This document shows positions 19,293-27,139 of a stretch of 32,000 bases of DNA, in pieces. Each line of letters opens with the position of its first letter. Position 1 is the first letter of the stretch. The DNA is taken from contig NZ_FUWK01000003.1 in assembly GCF_900167395.1 (NCBI RefSeq), forward strand, positions 60,001 to 92,000. The letters are read 5' to 3'. The notes under the pieces were generated by a model. That model was not told where the DNA came from. It did no database searches and was given only the letters and a program-made list of their open reading frames with translations. This DNA comes from Nitrosomonas europaea (lineage in GTDB: Bacteria > Pseudomonadota > Gammaproteobacteria > Burkholderiales > Nitrosomonadaceae). The position numbers and the translations under genes are program-made.

Positions 19293-19330
19293 ATCCGGGC
19301 AACATGGATGACATATCCGGATAGTTTTTT
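19293..19330 (+). terminator. Weak hairpin plus T6
   Basis: ATCCGG (19293-19298) pairs with CCGGAT (19317-19322) across an 18-nt loop. T6 follows at 19325-19330. Confidence 0.3.
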
Positions 19331-19374
19331 CATTGTCGGCTCTTCAGGCCGAATCTCGATCGAGCCCTAAGCAA

Positions 19375-19410
19375 CCCCCTTGTGTGGCAGGAATTCACAA
19401 GGGGGTTTTT
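19375..19410 (+). terminator. Rho-independent terminator downstream of the TPR lipoprotein gene
   Basis: A perfect 10-bp stem forms between CCCCCTTGTG (19375-19384) and CACAAGGGGG (19396-19405), with an 11-nt loop. TTTTT follows at 19406-19410. Confidence 0.8.
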
Positions 19411-19417
19411 GTATGTA

Positions 19418-19426
19418 TGAGATAAT
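19418..19426 (+). promoter_or_regulatory. Candidate extended -10 element (TGaGATAAT) for cysM
   Basis: This is a motif match only. It sits between the terminator and the cysM ATG at 19459, and no clear -35 is present. Confidence 0.25.
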
Positions 19427-19458
19427 CTGATTTTGTTTGTGACAGCGCATATCCTGGC

Positions 19459-20346
19459 ATGCATAACACCATCGAAAATTTCATCGGCCATACTCCCCTG
19501 GTTCGGCTCAAGCGTATTCCGAGTGAAACCAGTAATACCATTCTGGCAAAGCTGGAAGGCAATAACCCGGCTGGTTCAGTCAAGGATCGGCCAGCCTATT
19601 CCATGATCATGCGTGCACAGCAACGCGGCGACATCCGGCCGGGAGATACGCTGATCGAAGCAACCAGTGGCAATACCGGTATTGCACTGGCCATGGCAGC
19701 GGCGATTCTGGGTTATCGCATGATTCTGGTCATGCCGGAGAATCTGAGCCTGGAGCGCCGTCAGGTAATGTCTGCATATGGTGCCGAGATTGTTCTGACT
19801 CCCAAAGAGGGAAGCATGGAGCTGGCCAGAGATACTGCTGAGCAACTGTGCAATGCCGGCAAGGGCATCATTCTCGATCAATTTTCCAATCCCGATAATC
19901 CGCTGGCGCATTATGAAACTACAGCCCCCGAGATCTGGCAGGATACGGCGGGAACGGTCACACATTTCGTAAGCAGTATGGGAACGACCGGCACGATCAT
20001 GGGCTGTGCCCGCTATTTCCGCGAACAGGAGCAGAAGGTGGAAATTATCGGTGTGCAACCACAGGAGAATGCACAGATTCCCGGAATCCGTAAATGGCCG
20101 GAAGCTTATCTGCCCAAAATATATCAGCCGGAGCTGGTTGACCGTATTTTGCTGGTATCCCAGCAGGAAGCCGAGGAAATGGCTCGCCGTCTGGCGCGTG
20201 AGGAAGGATTGTTTACCGGTATTTCTTCTGGAGGGGCTCTGGCAGCCGCTCTGAAGGTTTCCGCGCAGGTGCAGAACGCAGTGATTGTTTTTATCGTATG
20301 CGATCGCGGGGATCGCTACTTATCGACCGGGGTTTTTCCTTCCTGA
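19459..20346 (+). CDS. cysM: Cysteine synthase B (O-acetylserine sulfhydrylase B)
   Basis: The 295-aa protein is collinear with E. coli CysM. Shared blocks include IGHTPLVRL, KLEGNNPAGSVKDRPA (PLP Lys), TSGNTGIALA, SSMGTTGTI and CDRGDRYLSTGVF. Confidence 0.9.
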   Translation: MHNTIENFIGHTPLVRLKRIPSETSNTILAKLEGNNPAGSVKDRPAYSMIMRAQQRGDIRPGDTLIEATSGNTGIALAMAAAILGYRMILVMPENLSLERRQVMSAYGAEIVLTPKEGSMELARDTAEQLCNAGKGIILDQFSNPDNPLAHYETTAPEIWQDTAGTVTHFVSSMGTTGTIMGCARYFREQEQKVEIIGVQPQENAQIPGIRKWPEAYLPKIYQPELVDRILLVSQQEAEEMARRLAREEGLFTGISSGGALAAALKVSAQVQNAVIVFIVCDRGDRYLSTGVFPS

Positions 20347-20351
20347 AAGGC

Positions 20352-22418
20352 ATGAAACCGGATCGACTCTGGTTTCATCGTGGCGATTTTCTGGATTGTG
20401 TGTACCGACTGTTTACACGGTTCTGGTTGTTTTTTCTGATTCTTGTCTTATGTTTCCCGGCCATTGCCGCCACTCCCCGCTTTGATTTTACGCTGGAAAA
20501 CATCCGGCACCCTGTTTTCAGTATTCGTTCTGCCGGTATCAAACTGATCGGTGCTCCGTCACCCACCCTCGAAATCAATTTGGGTGAAGTGGCGATCGGA
20601 AAGCAAACATGGCATGGCTTACGCTTGAGATGTAATCCGGTTCATATCGATCGCGAATCGATGAATTGCAATACGGGAACGTTGCAGATCGGTGAGCGAT
20701 TTATGACAATGATTTTCCGGCTTTCCTTGCAACATAAACAGTTTGTGCTTGAAATCCGGCCAGCCTCAAATAAATCAAAGGAGAAATGGCGATTGGAGGT
20801 CAACTGGCAGGCAAGCAAGTGGCAAGGTGTCCTGCAAGTAGTAAACGGGGAGGGAAAATTTCTGGCTGATCTGCTGCCTCAGGGAGATGACCGGATACAG
20901 GTGCATCAGGCAATACTCAATGGAAACATCCGTCTGAGCGGGAACAACGCTTCAGTTTCAGCACTGTCAGCACGGCTGGGTATCAGTAAATTATCCTTCA
21001 GCGATGCGAGTGGTTTACACGCGGGCGAAGGGATCGATCTGCAGCTTGACGCAGATGCACAACAAAAACGGAATGACTGGCAGTGGCGGGGCAAAATCAC
21101 TTGGCCAGAGGGTGAAATTTTCTGGCAACCGTTTTATTTCTCCGGAGAAGGGCATCAGTTAACTGCCAGAGGAACGGTAAAAGATGAGCGTATCAATATA
21201 ACGCAGGGTGAATTCAATCTGGCGGGTACAGGTAAGGCTGATTTTTCTGCAGTGGCCGGTATTGCGGACCAGTCATTGCAGCAGGCGTGGTTATCGGCCA
21301 GAGATCTGGAATTATCTGCTTTGTTTGGCAGCATCATCCGGCCGCTGGCTGTGGATACTGCGCTGGCTGAGACAGAGGCTGCCGGGCAGATGAACATTGA
21401 CTGGCGCTATCAGGGTAACGATAACCAGGAATTAATCGTCGGTTTGCAGGATGTATCGTTGACCGACGCGCACGGACGGTTTGCGGTTGAAAGGCTGAAT
21501 GCCCATATACCATGGAATAGCAACGAAAAACGGGATGGGTCGATCCGGTTCAGCAACGCCCAGATGGTGGGAATCCCTCTAGGGGAGACATATATCCCGA
21601 TCGGGACTGACGGGATGCGGTTCAGTATCCCTCGTGCAGAAATACCGGTACTGGACGGAAAAATGCTGATAGAAAATTTCGTGGCGTCCATGCAGGCGTC
21701 CGGCTGGCAATGGCAATTCGATGGATTACTTGCCCCGATCTCCATGGAGAAACTGACCGAATCCCTGCATATTCAACCGATGTTCGGGACATTGTCCGGC
21801 ACCATACCGAGAATGAGCTACGCCAATTCAATTATGACGATGGACGGCGAACTCGTTTTTGGAATATTCGACGGGGTTGCGGTAGCCAGAAATCTGGCAT
21901 TGTCCGGCCCCCTCAGCCTGACACCGCACTTGACCATGGATATGGCCATGTATCATATCGACCTTGATCTGTTGACGCGTGCCTACTCGTTTGGAAATAT
22001 GCAGGGGCGAGTCGATGTGGAAATCGATGACCTTGAGTTGATTAACTGGGAGCCGGTGAAGTTTGACGCAAAACTGGCCAGCAGCGCGGGAGATTACAAA
22101 CGCAGGATCAGTCAGGCGGCAATCAAAAATCTTATTGCACTGGGAGGTGGATTGGCGGTGACAGCTATTCAGAAAAGTTTTCTTGGTTTGTTCGAGCAAT
22201 TTGGCTATGCGGAAATCGGCTGGAGCTGCAAGTTACGCGGCAGTGTCTGCAATATGGGAGGAATAGGACCGGCAACTCATGATGGAGGCTATATGCTGAT
22301 CAAGGGCAGTGGCATACCGGCAATTACCATTACCGGCTATAATCGGAAAGTGGACTGGCCTGAGCTGCTCGAGCGCCTGAGACATGCCATTGAGAGCGGC
22401 AACCCGATTATTCACTGA
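20352..22418 (+). CDS. ydbH: YdbH-like AsmA-family intermembrane lipid-transfer protein (688 aa)
   Basis: A single N-terminal TM helix (FWLFFLILVLCFPAIAA) precedes a long beta-rich body. The C-terminal block RISQAAIKNLIALGGG...GYAEIGWSCKLRGSVCNMGG...GSGIPAITITGYNRKVDWPELLERL resembles the DctA-YdbH domain ending. Synteny with ynbE and ydbL supports the call. ATG 20352 has AAAGG upstream. The track start at 20298 lies inside cysM. Confidence 0.7.
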   Translation: MKPDRLWFHRGDFLDCVYRLFTRFWLFFLILVLCFPAIAATPRFDFTLENIRHPVFSIRSAGIKLIGAPSPTLEINLGEVAIGKQTWHGLRLRCNPVHIDRESMNCNTGTLQIGERFMTMIFRLSLQHKQFVLEIRPASNKSKEKWRLEVNWQASKWQGVLQVVNGEGKFLADLLPQGDDRIQVHQAILNGNIRLSGNNASVSALSARLGISKLSFSDASGLHAGEGIDLQLDADAQQKRNDWQWRGKITWPEGEIFWQPFYFSGEGHQLTARGTVKDERINITQGEFNLAGTGKADFSAVAGIADQSLQQAWLSARDLELSALFGSIIRPLAVDTALAETEAAGQMNIDWRYQGNDNQELIVGLQDVSLTDAHGRFAVERLNAHIPWNSNEKRDGSIRFSNAQMVGIPLGETYIPIGTDGMRFSIPRAEIPVLDGKMLIENFVASMQASGWQWQFDGLLAPISMEKLTESLHIQPMFGTLSGTIPRMSYANSIMTMDGELVFGIFDGVAVARNLALSGPLSLTPHLTMDMAMYHIDLDLLTRAYSFGNMQGRVDVEIDDLELINWEPVKFDAKLASSAGDYKRRISQAAIKNLIALGGGLAVTAIQKSFLGLFEQFGYAEIGWSCKLRGSVCNMGGIGPATHDGGYMLIKGSGIPAITITGYNRKVDWPELLERLRHAIESGNPIIH

Positions 22419-22660
22419 TGACGATGACAAAAAGTTATTACACCCCGATTCTGCTGGTAGCTGCCGGTTTTGTACTGACTGGCTGTGTAACCATCAACAT
22501 CTACTTTCCGGCGGCAGCGGCCGAAAAAGTGGCTGATAAAATCATCGAAGAAGTATGGCAGACCGATGGGAACAGCGGCAAAAATGATCGGTCAGGGAAT
22601 AAACCGGGTAATGATGTCAGCGATAAAACTGACAGTGAAACCGGCAAAACCAAACCATAA
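22418..22660 (+). CDS. ynbE: Small YnbE-like lipoprotein (80 aa)
   Basis: The lipobox is VLTGC. The mature N-terminus CVTINIYFPAAAAEKVADKIIEE resembles the YnbE-like lipoprotein family. The ATG overlaps the ydbH stop (TGATG, 22416-22420). The C-terminal ~35 aa form a G/N/D/K/S-rich low-complexity tail. Confidence 0.65.
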   Translation: MTMTKSYYTPILLVAAGFVLTGCVTINIYFPAAAAEKVADKIIEEVWQTDGNSGKNDRSGNKPGNDVSDKTDSETGKTKP

Positions 22661-22705
22661 GATTTTGCATGGCCGTGGGAACCCTGTTCTTGAGAGGAAA
22701 TATCC

Positions 22706-23131
22706 ATGTATAAACAGTTAGTCCGATTCATGATGCTGGTATCACTGGGCTGCCTTTTGTATGCCGGTACTGCGACTGCAGTGGATTTTGAAGCCAATAC
22801 CCCGGCGGTTACCCGGTTGAAGCAAAACATGCGACAGCGTCATGGTCAACTGGTGCCATTTTATGACAGCGGTGCGGTAGGTCTGACTCGTGATGGTCTG
22901 ATCGTTCTGCGTGACGCTAATGCCGTACCATTATCCGGACGGCAATCAGTCAATTCCCTTGTGGCTGCCGAGAATCAGGATCGTAACGCACTCTATCGTG
23001 AAATTGCATTGGCCAATAATCATCCCGAGTGGGAAGGCAATATCCGTTCGACATTCGCCCAGCGATGGATTGCATCGGCCAGATCAGGCTGGTGGTATCA
23101 GCAGGAAAATGGTTCCTGGCAGAGAAAATAG
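22706..23131 (+). CDS. ydbL: Periplasmic DUF1318 protein, YdbL-like (141 aa)
   Basis: The signal peptide ends in ...AGTATA. The DUF1318-type core is LVAAENQDRNALYREIALANN. The RBS GAGAGGA lies upstream. This is the third member of the conserved ydbH-ynbE-ydbL trio. Confidence 0.7.
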   Translation: MYKQLVRFMMLVSLGCLLYAGTATAVDFEANTPAVTRLKQNMRQRHGQLVPFYDSGAVGLTRDGLIVLRDANAVPLSGRQSVNSLVAAENQDRNALYREIALANNHPEWEGNIRSTFAQRWIASARSGWWYQQENGSWQRK

Positions 23132-23168
23132 CCTGGAATGGCAGTGCTGATGAGCTGTCATTCCAGGC
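23131..23168 (+). terminator. Strong 14-bp hairpin abutting the ydbL stop, with no U-tract
   Basis: GCCTGGAATGGCAG (23131-23144) pairs with CTGTCATTCCAGGC (23155-23168), including one G-U pair, across a 10-nt loop. ACTATCAG follows rather than Ts. It may be a transcript-stabilising or non-canonical terminator hairpin. Confidence 0.35.
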
Positions 23169-23252
23169 ACTATCAGAAAAACTGCTTGAAATAGAATGAT
23201 AAATAAGTGAACATTATTAAATTTGGATGTGGGGGGGATTAACCCACTGGAG

Positions 23253-23280
23253 TGGCGGCGCAAGCCGCCATATTGTTTCA
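23253..23280 (+). terminator. GC-rich GNRA-tetraloop hairpin plus T-rich tail; likely terminator of the cysM-ydbL unit
   Basis: TGGCGGC (23253-23259) pairs with GCCGCCA (23264-23270) around the loop GCAA. The tail TATTGTTTC follows. Confidence 0.45.
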
Positions 23281-23308
23281 GGATCAGAAAAATATCAGGT
23301 GTACTTTC

Positions 23309-24490
23309 GTGTCTCATGTAATGAATACTTATGCACGGCTTCCTGTTACCTTTGTCAAGGGCGAGGGAGTCTGGCTGTGGGATGATCAGGGTAACCGTTA
23401 CCTCGATGCGTTATCGGGTATCGCGGTTTGCGGAGTCGGGCATTGCCATCCAGTGCTGGTAAAGGCACTGTGCGAGCAGGTATCGACGTTGATCCATACT
23501 TCCAATGTCTACCATATCCAGCATCAGGAACGACTGGCTGACAGATTGACCAGCCTGTCGGGCCTGGAGAAAGCCTTCTTCTGTAATTCCGGAGCGGAAG
23601 CAAACGAGGCTGCCATCAAGCTGGCGCGACTTTATGGCCATAACCAGGGAATCAACCTGCCGACGATCATTGTGATGGAACGTTCATTTCATGGCCGGAC
23701 GATGGCAACACTGACTGCCACGGGTAACCGCAAAACCCAGGCAGGTTTTGAACCGTTGCTGACCGGGTTCGTGCGGGTGCCTTACGATGATCTGGAAGCA
23801 GTCAACAAAGTAGCAGCCAACAACAGAGAAATCGTGGCTATCCTGCTGGAAACCTATCAGGGTGAAGGGGGAGTCAATTTTCCACAGGCCAATTATCTGC
23901 AGGGGCTGCGCAGGATTTGTGATCAGAATGGCTGGCTGTTGATGCTCGATGAAGTACAGTGCGGTCTGGGGCGTACGGGCAAGTGGTTTGCTTTTCAGCA
24001 CAGTGAGGTCATGCCGGATGCCATGACACTGGCAAAAGGTTTGGGTTCTGGCGTGCCGATTGGTGCGTGTCTGGCGGGTGGGAAAGCAGCGGAAGTATTC
24101 AAACCCGGTAACCATGCCTCCACCTTTGGTGGCAATCCGCTGGCATGCAGGGCAGCATTGACTACCCTCGATATCATCGAACAGGAAGGGCTGATGGATA
24201 ATGCGGTAACCATCGGTAATTTCATGTGGGAGGAATTCGGGCGTCGTTTACAGGCTTGGCAGGATGTGCTGAAAATTCGCGGGCAGGGGATGATGATCGG
24301 GATCGAGTTGCCGGTACCCTGCAGCGAGCTTGTGCCTGAAGCACTGAAACGTCGTGTATTGGTCAATGTCACCTCCGAGAAAGTGGTGCGGTTGCTGCCG
24401 GCATTAAATATGCAGAAAGCAGAAGCAGAACAGGTGGTGACCGAGGTTTCTGCACTCATTACCTGGTTTCTTGAGAGCCGGGTGAAATAG
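23309..24490 (+). CDS. argD: Acetylornithine aminotransferase (class-III PLP aminotransferase)
   Basis: The N-terminal block MNTYARLPVTFVKGEGVWLWDDQGNRYLD is present, along with GHCHP, LDEVQCGLGRTGKWFA and TLAKGLGSGVPIGA (PLP Lys). GTG 23309 has AGGTG 7 nt upstream. ATG 23321 is an alternative start. The track start at 23252 falls inside the upstream terminator hairpin. Confidence 0.9.
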   Translation: MSHVMNTYARLPVTFVKGEGVWLWDDQGNRYLDALSGIAVCGVGHCHPVLVKALCEQVSTLIHTSNVYHIQHQERLADRLTSLSGLEKAFFCNSGAEANEAAIKLARLYGHNQGINLPTIIVMERSFHGRTMATLTATGNRKTQAGFEPLLTGFVRVPYDDLEAVNKVAANNREIVAILLETYQGEGGVNFPQANYLQGLRRICDQNGWLLMLDEVQCGLGRTGKWFAFQHSEVMPDAMTLAKGLGSGVPIGACLAGGKAAEVFKPGNHASTFGGNPLACRAALTTLDIIEQEGLMDNAVTIGNFMWEEFGRRLQAWQDVLKIRGQGMMIGIELPVPCSELVPEALKRRVLVNVTSEKVVRLLPALNMQKAEAEQVVTEVSALITWFLESRVK

Positions 24491-24654
24491 CCATCAGGCA
24501 GCCGTTATACGACGACTGCCAGAGAGATCTATCCCCCGGCAGATTCCCTGCTTGCTGTATTTTTCCAGATGCGACCGGATTTCAGTCCCGTTGATCTGAT
24601 GATCGAGGCAGGACACGAGTGTTCTCGAAAATTTTTCATTAGTAAAAATCACTT

Positions 24655-25578
24655 ATGCAGATCAGGCATTTTTTACAATTCAAGGATTTTGACCGCCAGG
24701 AATATGAATACCTGTTCGACCGGACACGCTGGATCAAAAATGAATTCAAGCAATACCGTCGCTACTGGCCACTGACCGATCGTACGCTCGCCATGATTTT
24801 CGAGAAACATTCGACCCGTACACGTCTTTCATTCGAGGCAGGGATGCACCAATTGGGTGGTAGTGCTATTTACCTTTCGACACGCGATACTCAGCTGGGT
24901 CGTGGTGAGCCGGTGGAGGACGCTGCCAGGGTTATCTCAAGAATGGTCGATATCATCACCTTACGTACTCACGAGCATGGGGTCATTGAACGCTTTGCTG
25001 AAAATTCACGGGTACCGGTGATCAATGGTTTGACAGATGAATACCATCCCTGCCAGATTCTGGCAGATATTTTCACTTTCATGGAACATCGTGGAAGTAT
25101 TGCAGGTAAGACCGTAGCCTGGATCGGTGATTCCAATAATGTATGCAATACCTGGCTGCAGGCTGCTGAGGTGTTTGACTTCAACGTGCATGTTTCCACG
25201 CCACCGGGTTATGAAGTGGAGCCGGAACGGGCGGGTCTGTATGGCACGGATCACTACGAACAGTTTGTCTCTCCGCATGATGCAGTAAAAGACGCCGATC
25301 TGGTCACGACTGATGTGTGGACCAGCATGGGTTTCGAGGATGAGGCGGATACACGCAAAAATGATTTTGCAGATTTCCGGGTGGATGCTGAGATGATGGC
25401 CTGTGCCAAAGAAGAAGCCCTGTTCATGCATTGTCTGCCGGCACACCGCGGTGAAGAAGTGGATGCGGAGGTCATTGATGGCCCTCAGTCAGTAGTATGG
25501 GATGAAGCCGAGAATCGGCTGCATACACAAAAAGCACTGATGGAATATTTACTGCTGGGCAGGATTGGTGTCAGGTAG
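24655..25578 (+). CDS. argF: Ornithine carbamoyltransferase
   Basis: The carbamoyl-phosphate motif STRTRLSFE, the HPCQ block and the ornithine-binding HCLP are present. The protein is 307 aa. Confidence 0.9.
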   Translation: MQIRHFLQFKDFDRQEYEYLFDRTRWIKNEFKQYRRYWPLTDRTLAMIFEKHSTRTRLSFEAGMHQLGGSAIYLSTRDTQLGRGEPVEDAARVISRMVDIITLRTHEHGVIERFAENSRVPVINGLTDEYHPCQILADIFTFMEHRGSIAGKTVAWIGDSNNVCNTWLQAAEVFDFNVHVSTPPGYEVEPERAGLYGTDHYEQFVSPHDAVKDADLVTTDVWTSMGFEDEADTRKNDFADFRVDAEMMACAKEEALFMHCLPAHRGEEVDAEVIDGPQSVVWDEAENRLHTQKALMEYLLLGRIGVR

Positions 25579-25616
25579 TTTTCGGTTATTCGGGAATTTT
25601 TTAATTGTGAAGAGAC

Positions 25617-26831
25617 ATGGATAAAGTCAAGAAAGCAGTACTGGCATTTTCAGGGGGGCTGGATACCTCAGTCATTTTGAAATGGCTGCAGGATACCTAT
25701 CAGTGTGAGGTGGTTACTTTTACGGCGGATATCGGCCAGGGCGAGGAGATTGAGCCGGCACGTGCCAAAGCCGTACAGTTTGGCATCAGGGAAATCTTCA
25801 TCGAGGATCTGCGCGAAGAGTTCGTGCGTGACTATGTTTTTCCCATGTTCCGTGCCAATACGATTTATGAAGGGGAATATCTGCTCGGGACCAGTATTGC
25901 CCGGCCGCTGATTGCCAAACGTCAGGTTGAAATTGCGCAGCAGACCGGCGCGGATGCGGTTTCTCACGGTGCTACCGGGAAGGGAAATGACCAGGTACGT
26001 TTTGAGCTTGGTTACTATGCGTTGCAGCCGGATATTCGGGTAATTGCTCCCTGGCGCGAGTGGGATCTGACTTCGCGTGAAAAACTGCTGACTTATGCCG
26101 AGAAGCAGGGTATCCCGATCGAAATGAAGCAGAAGGCAGGATCGCCCTACAGCATGGACGCCAATCTGCTCCATATTTCTTATGAGGGGCGTGCGCTGGA
26201 AGATCCGGCTGCGGAGCCGGAGGAGAGTATGTGGCGCTGGACAGTCTCGCCTGAAACTGCTCCGAGTGAGCCTGAATATCTGGATCTGGAATATGAACGC
26301 GGTGATATTGTTGCATTGAACGGTGAAAGGTTGTCTCCCGCAGCCATTCTGACCAGGCTTAACCAGTTGGGTGGAAAACATGGTATCGGCCGTCTCGATC
26401 TGGTGGAAAACCGTTATGTCGGGATGAAATCACGCGGCTGTTATGAAACGCCTGGTGGCACGATCATGTTGCGTGCCCATCGTGCAATCGAATCCATTAC
26501 GCTTGACCGCGAAGTTGCGCATTTGAAAGATGATCTGATGCCGCGTTATGCAGCGCTGATTTATAACGGTTACTGGTGGAGTCCGGAAAGAAAACTGTTG
26601 CAGGTGCTCATCGATGAATCCCAGGTGAATGTGAATGGCCGGGTCAGAGTCAAATTGTATAAGGGTAATGTGATGGTTGTCGGGCGTGATTCCCGGACCG
26701 ACTCGTTATTTGACCCCGACATTGCGACATTTGAAGAAGATGGTGGGGCTTATCATCAGGCTGATGCAGCAGGTTTCATCAAGCTCAATGCGCTGAGAAT
26801 GCGGATTGCAAAAGCTCTCCGCAGGTGCTGA
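25617..26831 (+). CDS. argG: Argininosuccinate synthase
   Basis: The ATP-binding N-terminus is [10 protein letters not shown]. Other matching blocks are [27 protein letters not shown] and [19 protein letters not shown]. The protein is 404 aa. Confidence 0.95.
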   Translation: MDKVKKAVLAFSGGLDTSVILKWLQDTYQCEVVTFTADIGQGEEIEPARAKAVQFGIREIFIEDLREEFVRDYVFPMFRANTIYEGEYLLGTSIARPLIAKRQVEIAQQTGADAVSHGATGKGNDQVRFELGYYALQPDIRVIAPWREWDLTSREKLLTYAEKQGIPIEMKQKAGSPYSMDANLLHISYEGRALEDPAAEPEESMWRWTVSPETAPSEPEYLDLEYERGDIVALNGERLSPAAILTRLNQLGGKHGIGRLDLVENRYVGMKSRGCYETPGGTIMLRAHRAIESITLDREVAHLKDDLMPRYAALIYNGYWWSPERKLLQVLIDESQVNVNGRVRVKLYKGNVMVVGRDSRTDSLFDPDIATFEEDGGAYHQADAAGFIKLNALRMRIAKALRRC

Positions 26832-27139
26832 ATTCGCAGAAAAACCTGCCCGTTTCACCATCGCCGTCAGTGTGGGGTGTTGGCCATGAGGCTATATGGT
26901 CGATATCTCTGCTGGCGGAGGTAACACCAACAACTTTGCCTTGCTGTCAGATTTGCAAAAGGTGCTGAGTTAATCGTTTTTCTGACTGTCTCCATTTTTC
27001 TTTGATCCGAAGTTATGTCACTCGAAATCCAAATAGTGAGTGAGGCTGGTATTTGGGGTGATGACGGTTACACGGGCAGGCAGCCAGGGAAAGGTTGGCT
27101 TGGAATCGTACCCGGTAACCACAGGGAAGAGGCTGGTGG

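Noticed and set aside
19121-19333. A 70-aa minus-strand ORF starting MKKLSGY downstream of the TPR gene.
   Set aside because: Its ATG-AAAAAA start is simply the complement of the T6 tract of a terminator-like hairpin. The rest overlaps the 3' end of the TPR gene in antisense.
24627-24651. An A/T-rich quasi-palindrome, GAAAATTTTTCATTAGTAAAAAT, just upstream of argF, considered as a possible ARG box.
   Set aside because: It does not fit the TGAAT-N4-ATTCA ArgR consensus. The symmetry is imperfect, and I do not know whether this organism encodes ArgR.
24569-24775. A 68-aa ORF spanning the argD-argF intergenic region and the argF start.
   Set aside because: It overlaps the argF N-terminus out of frame, and it has no RBS or motif.
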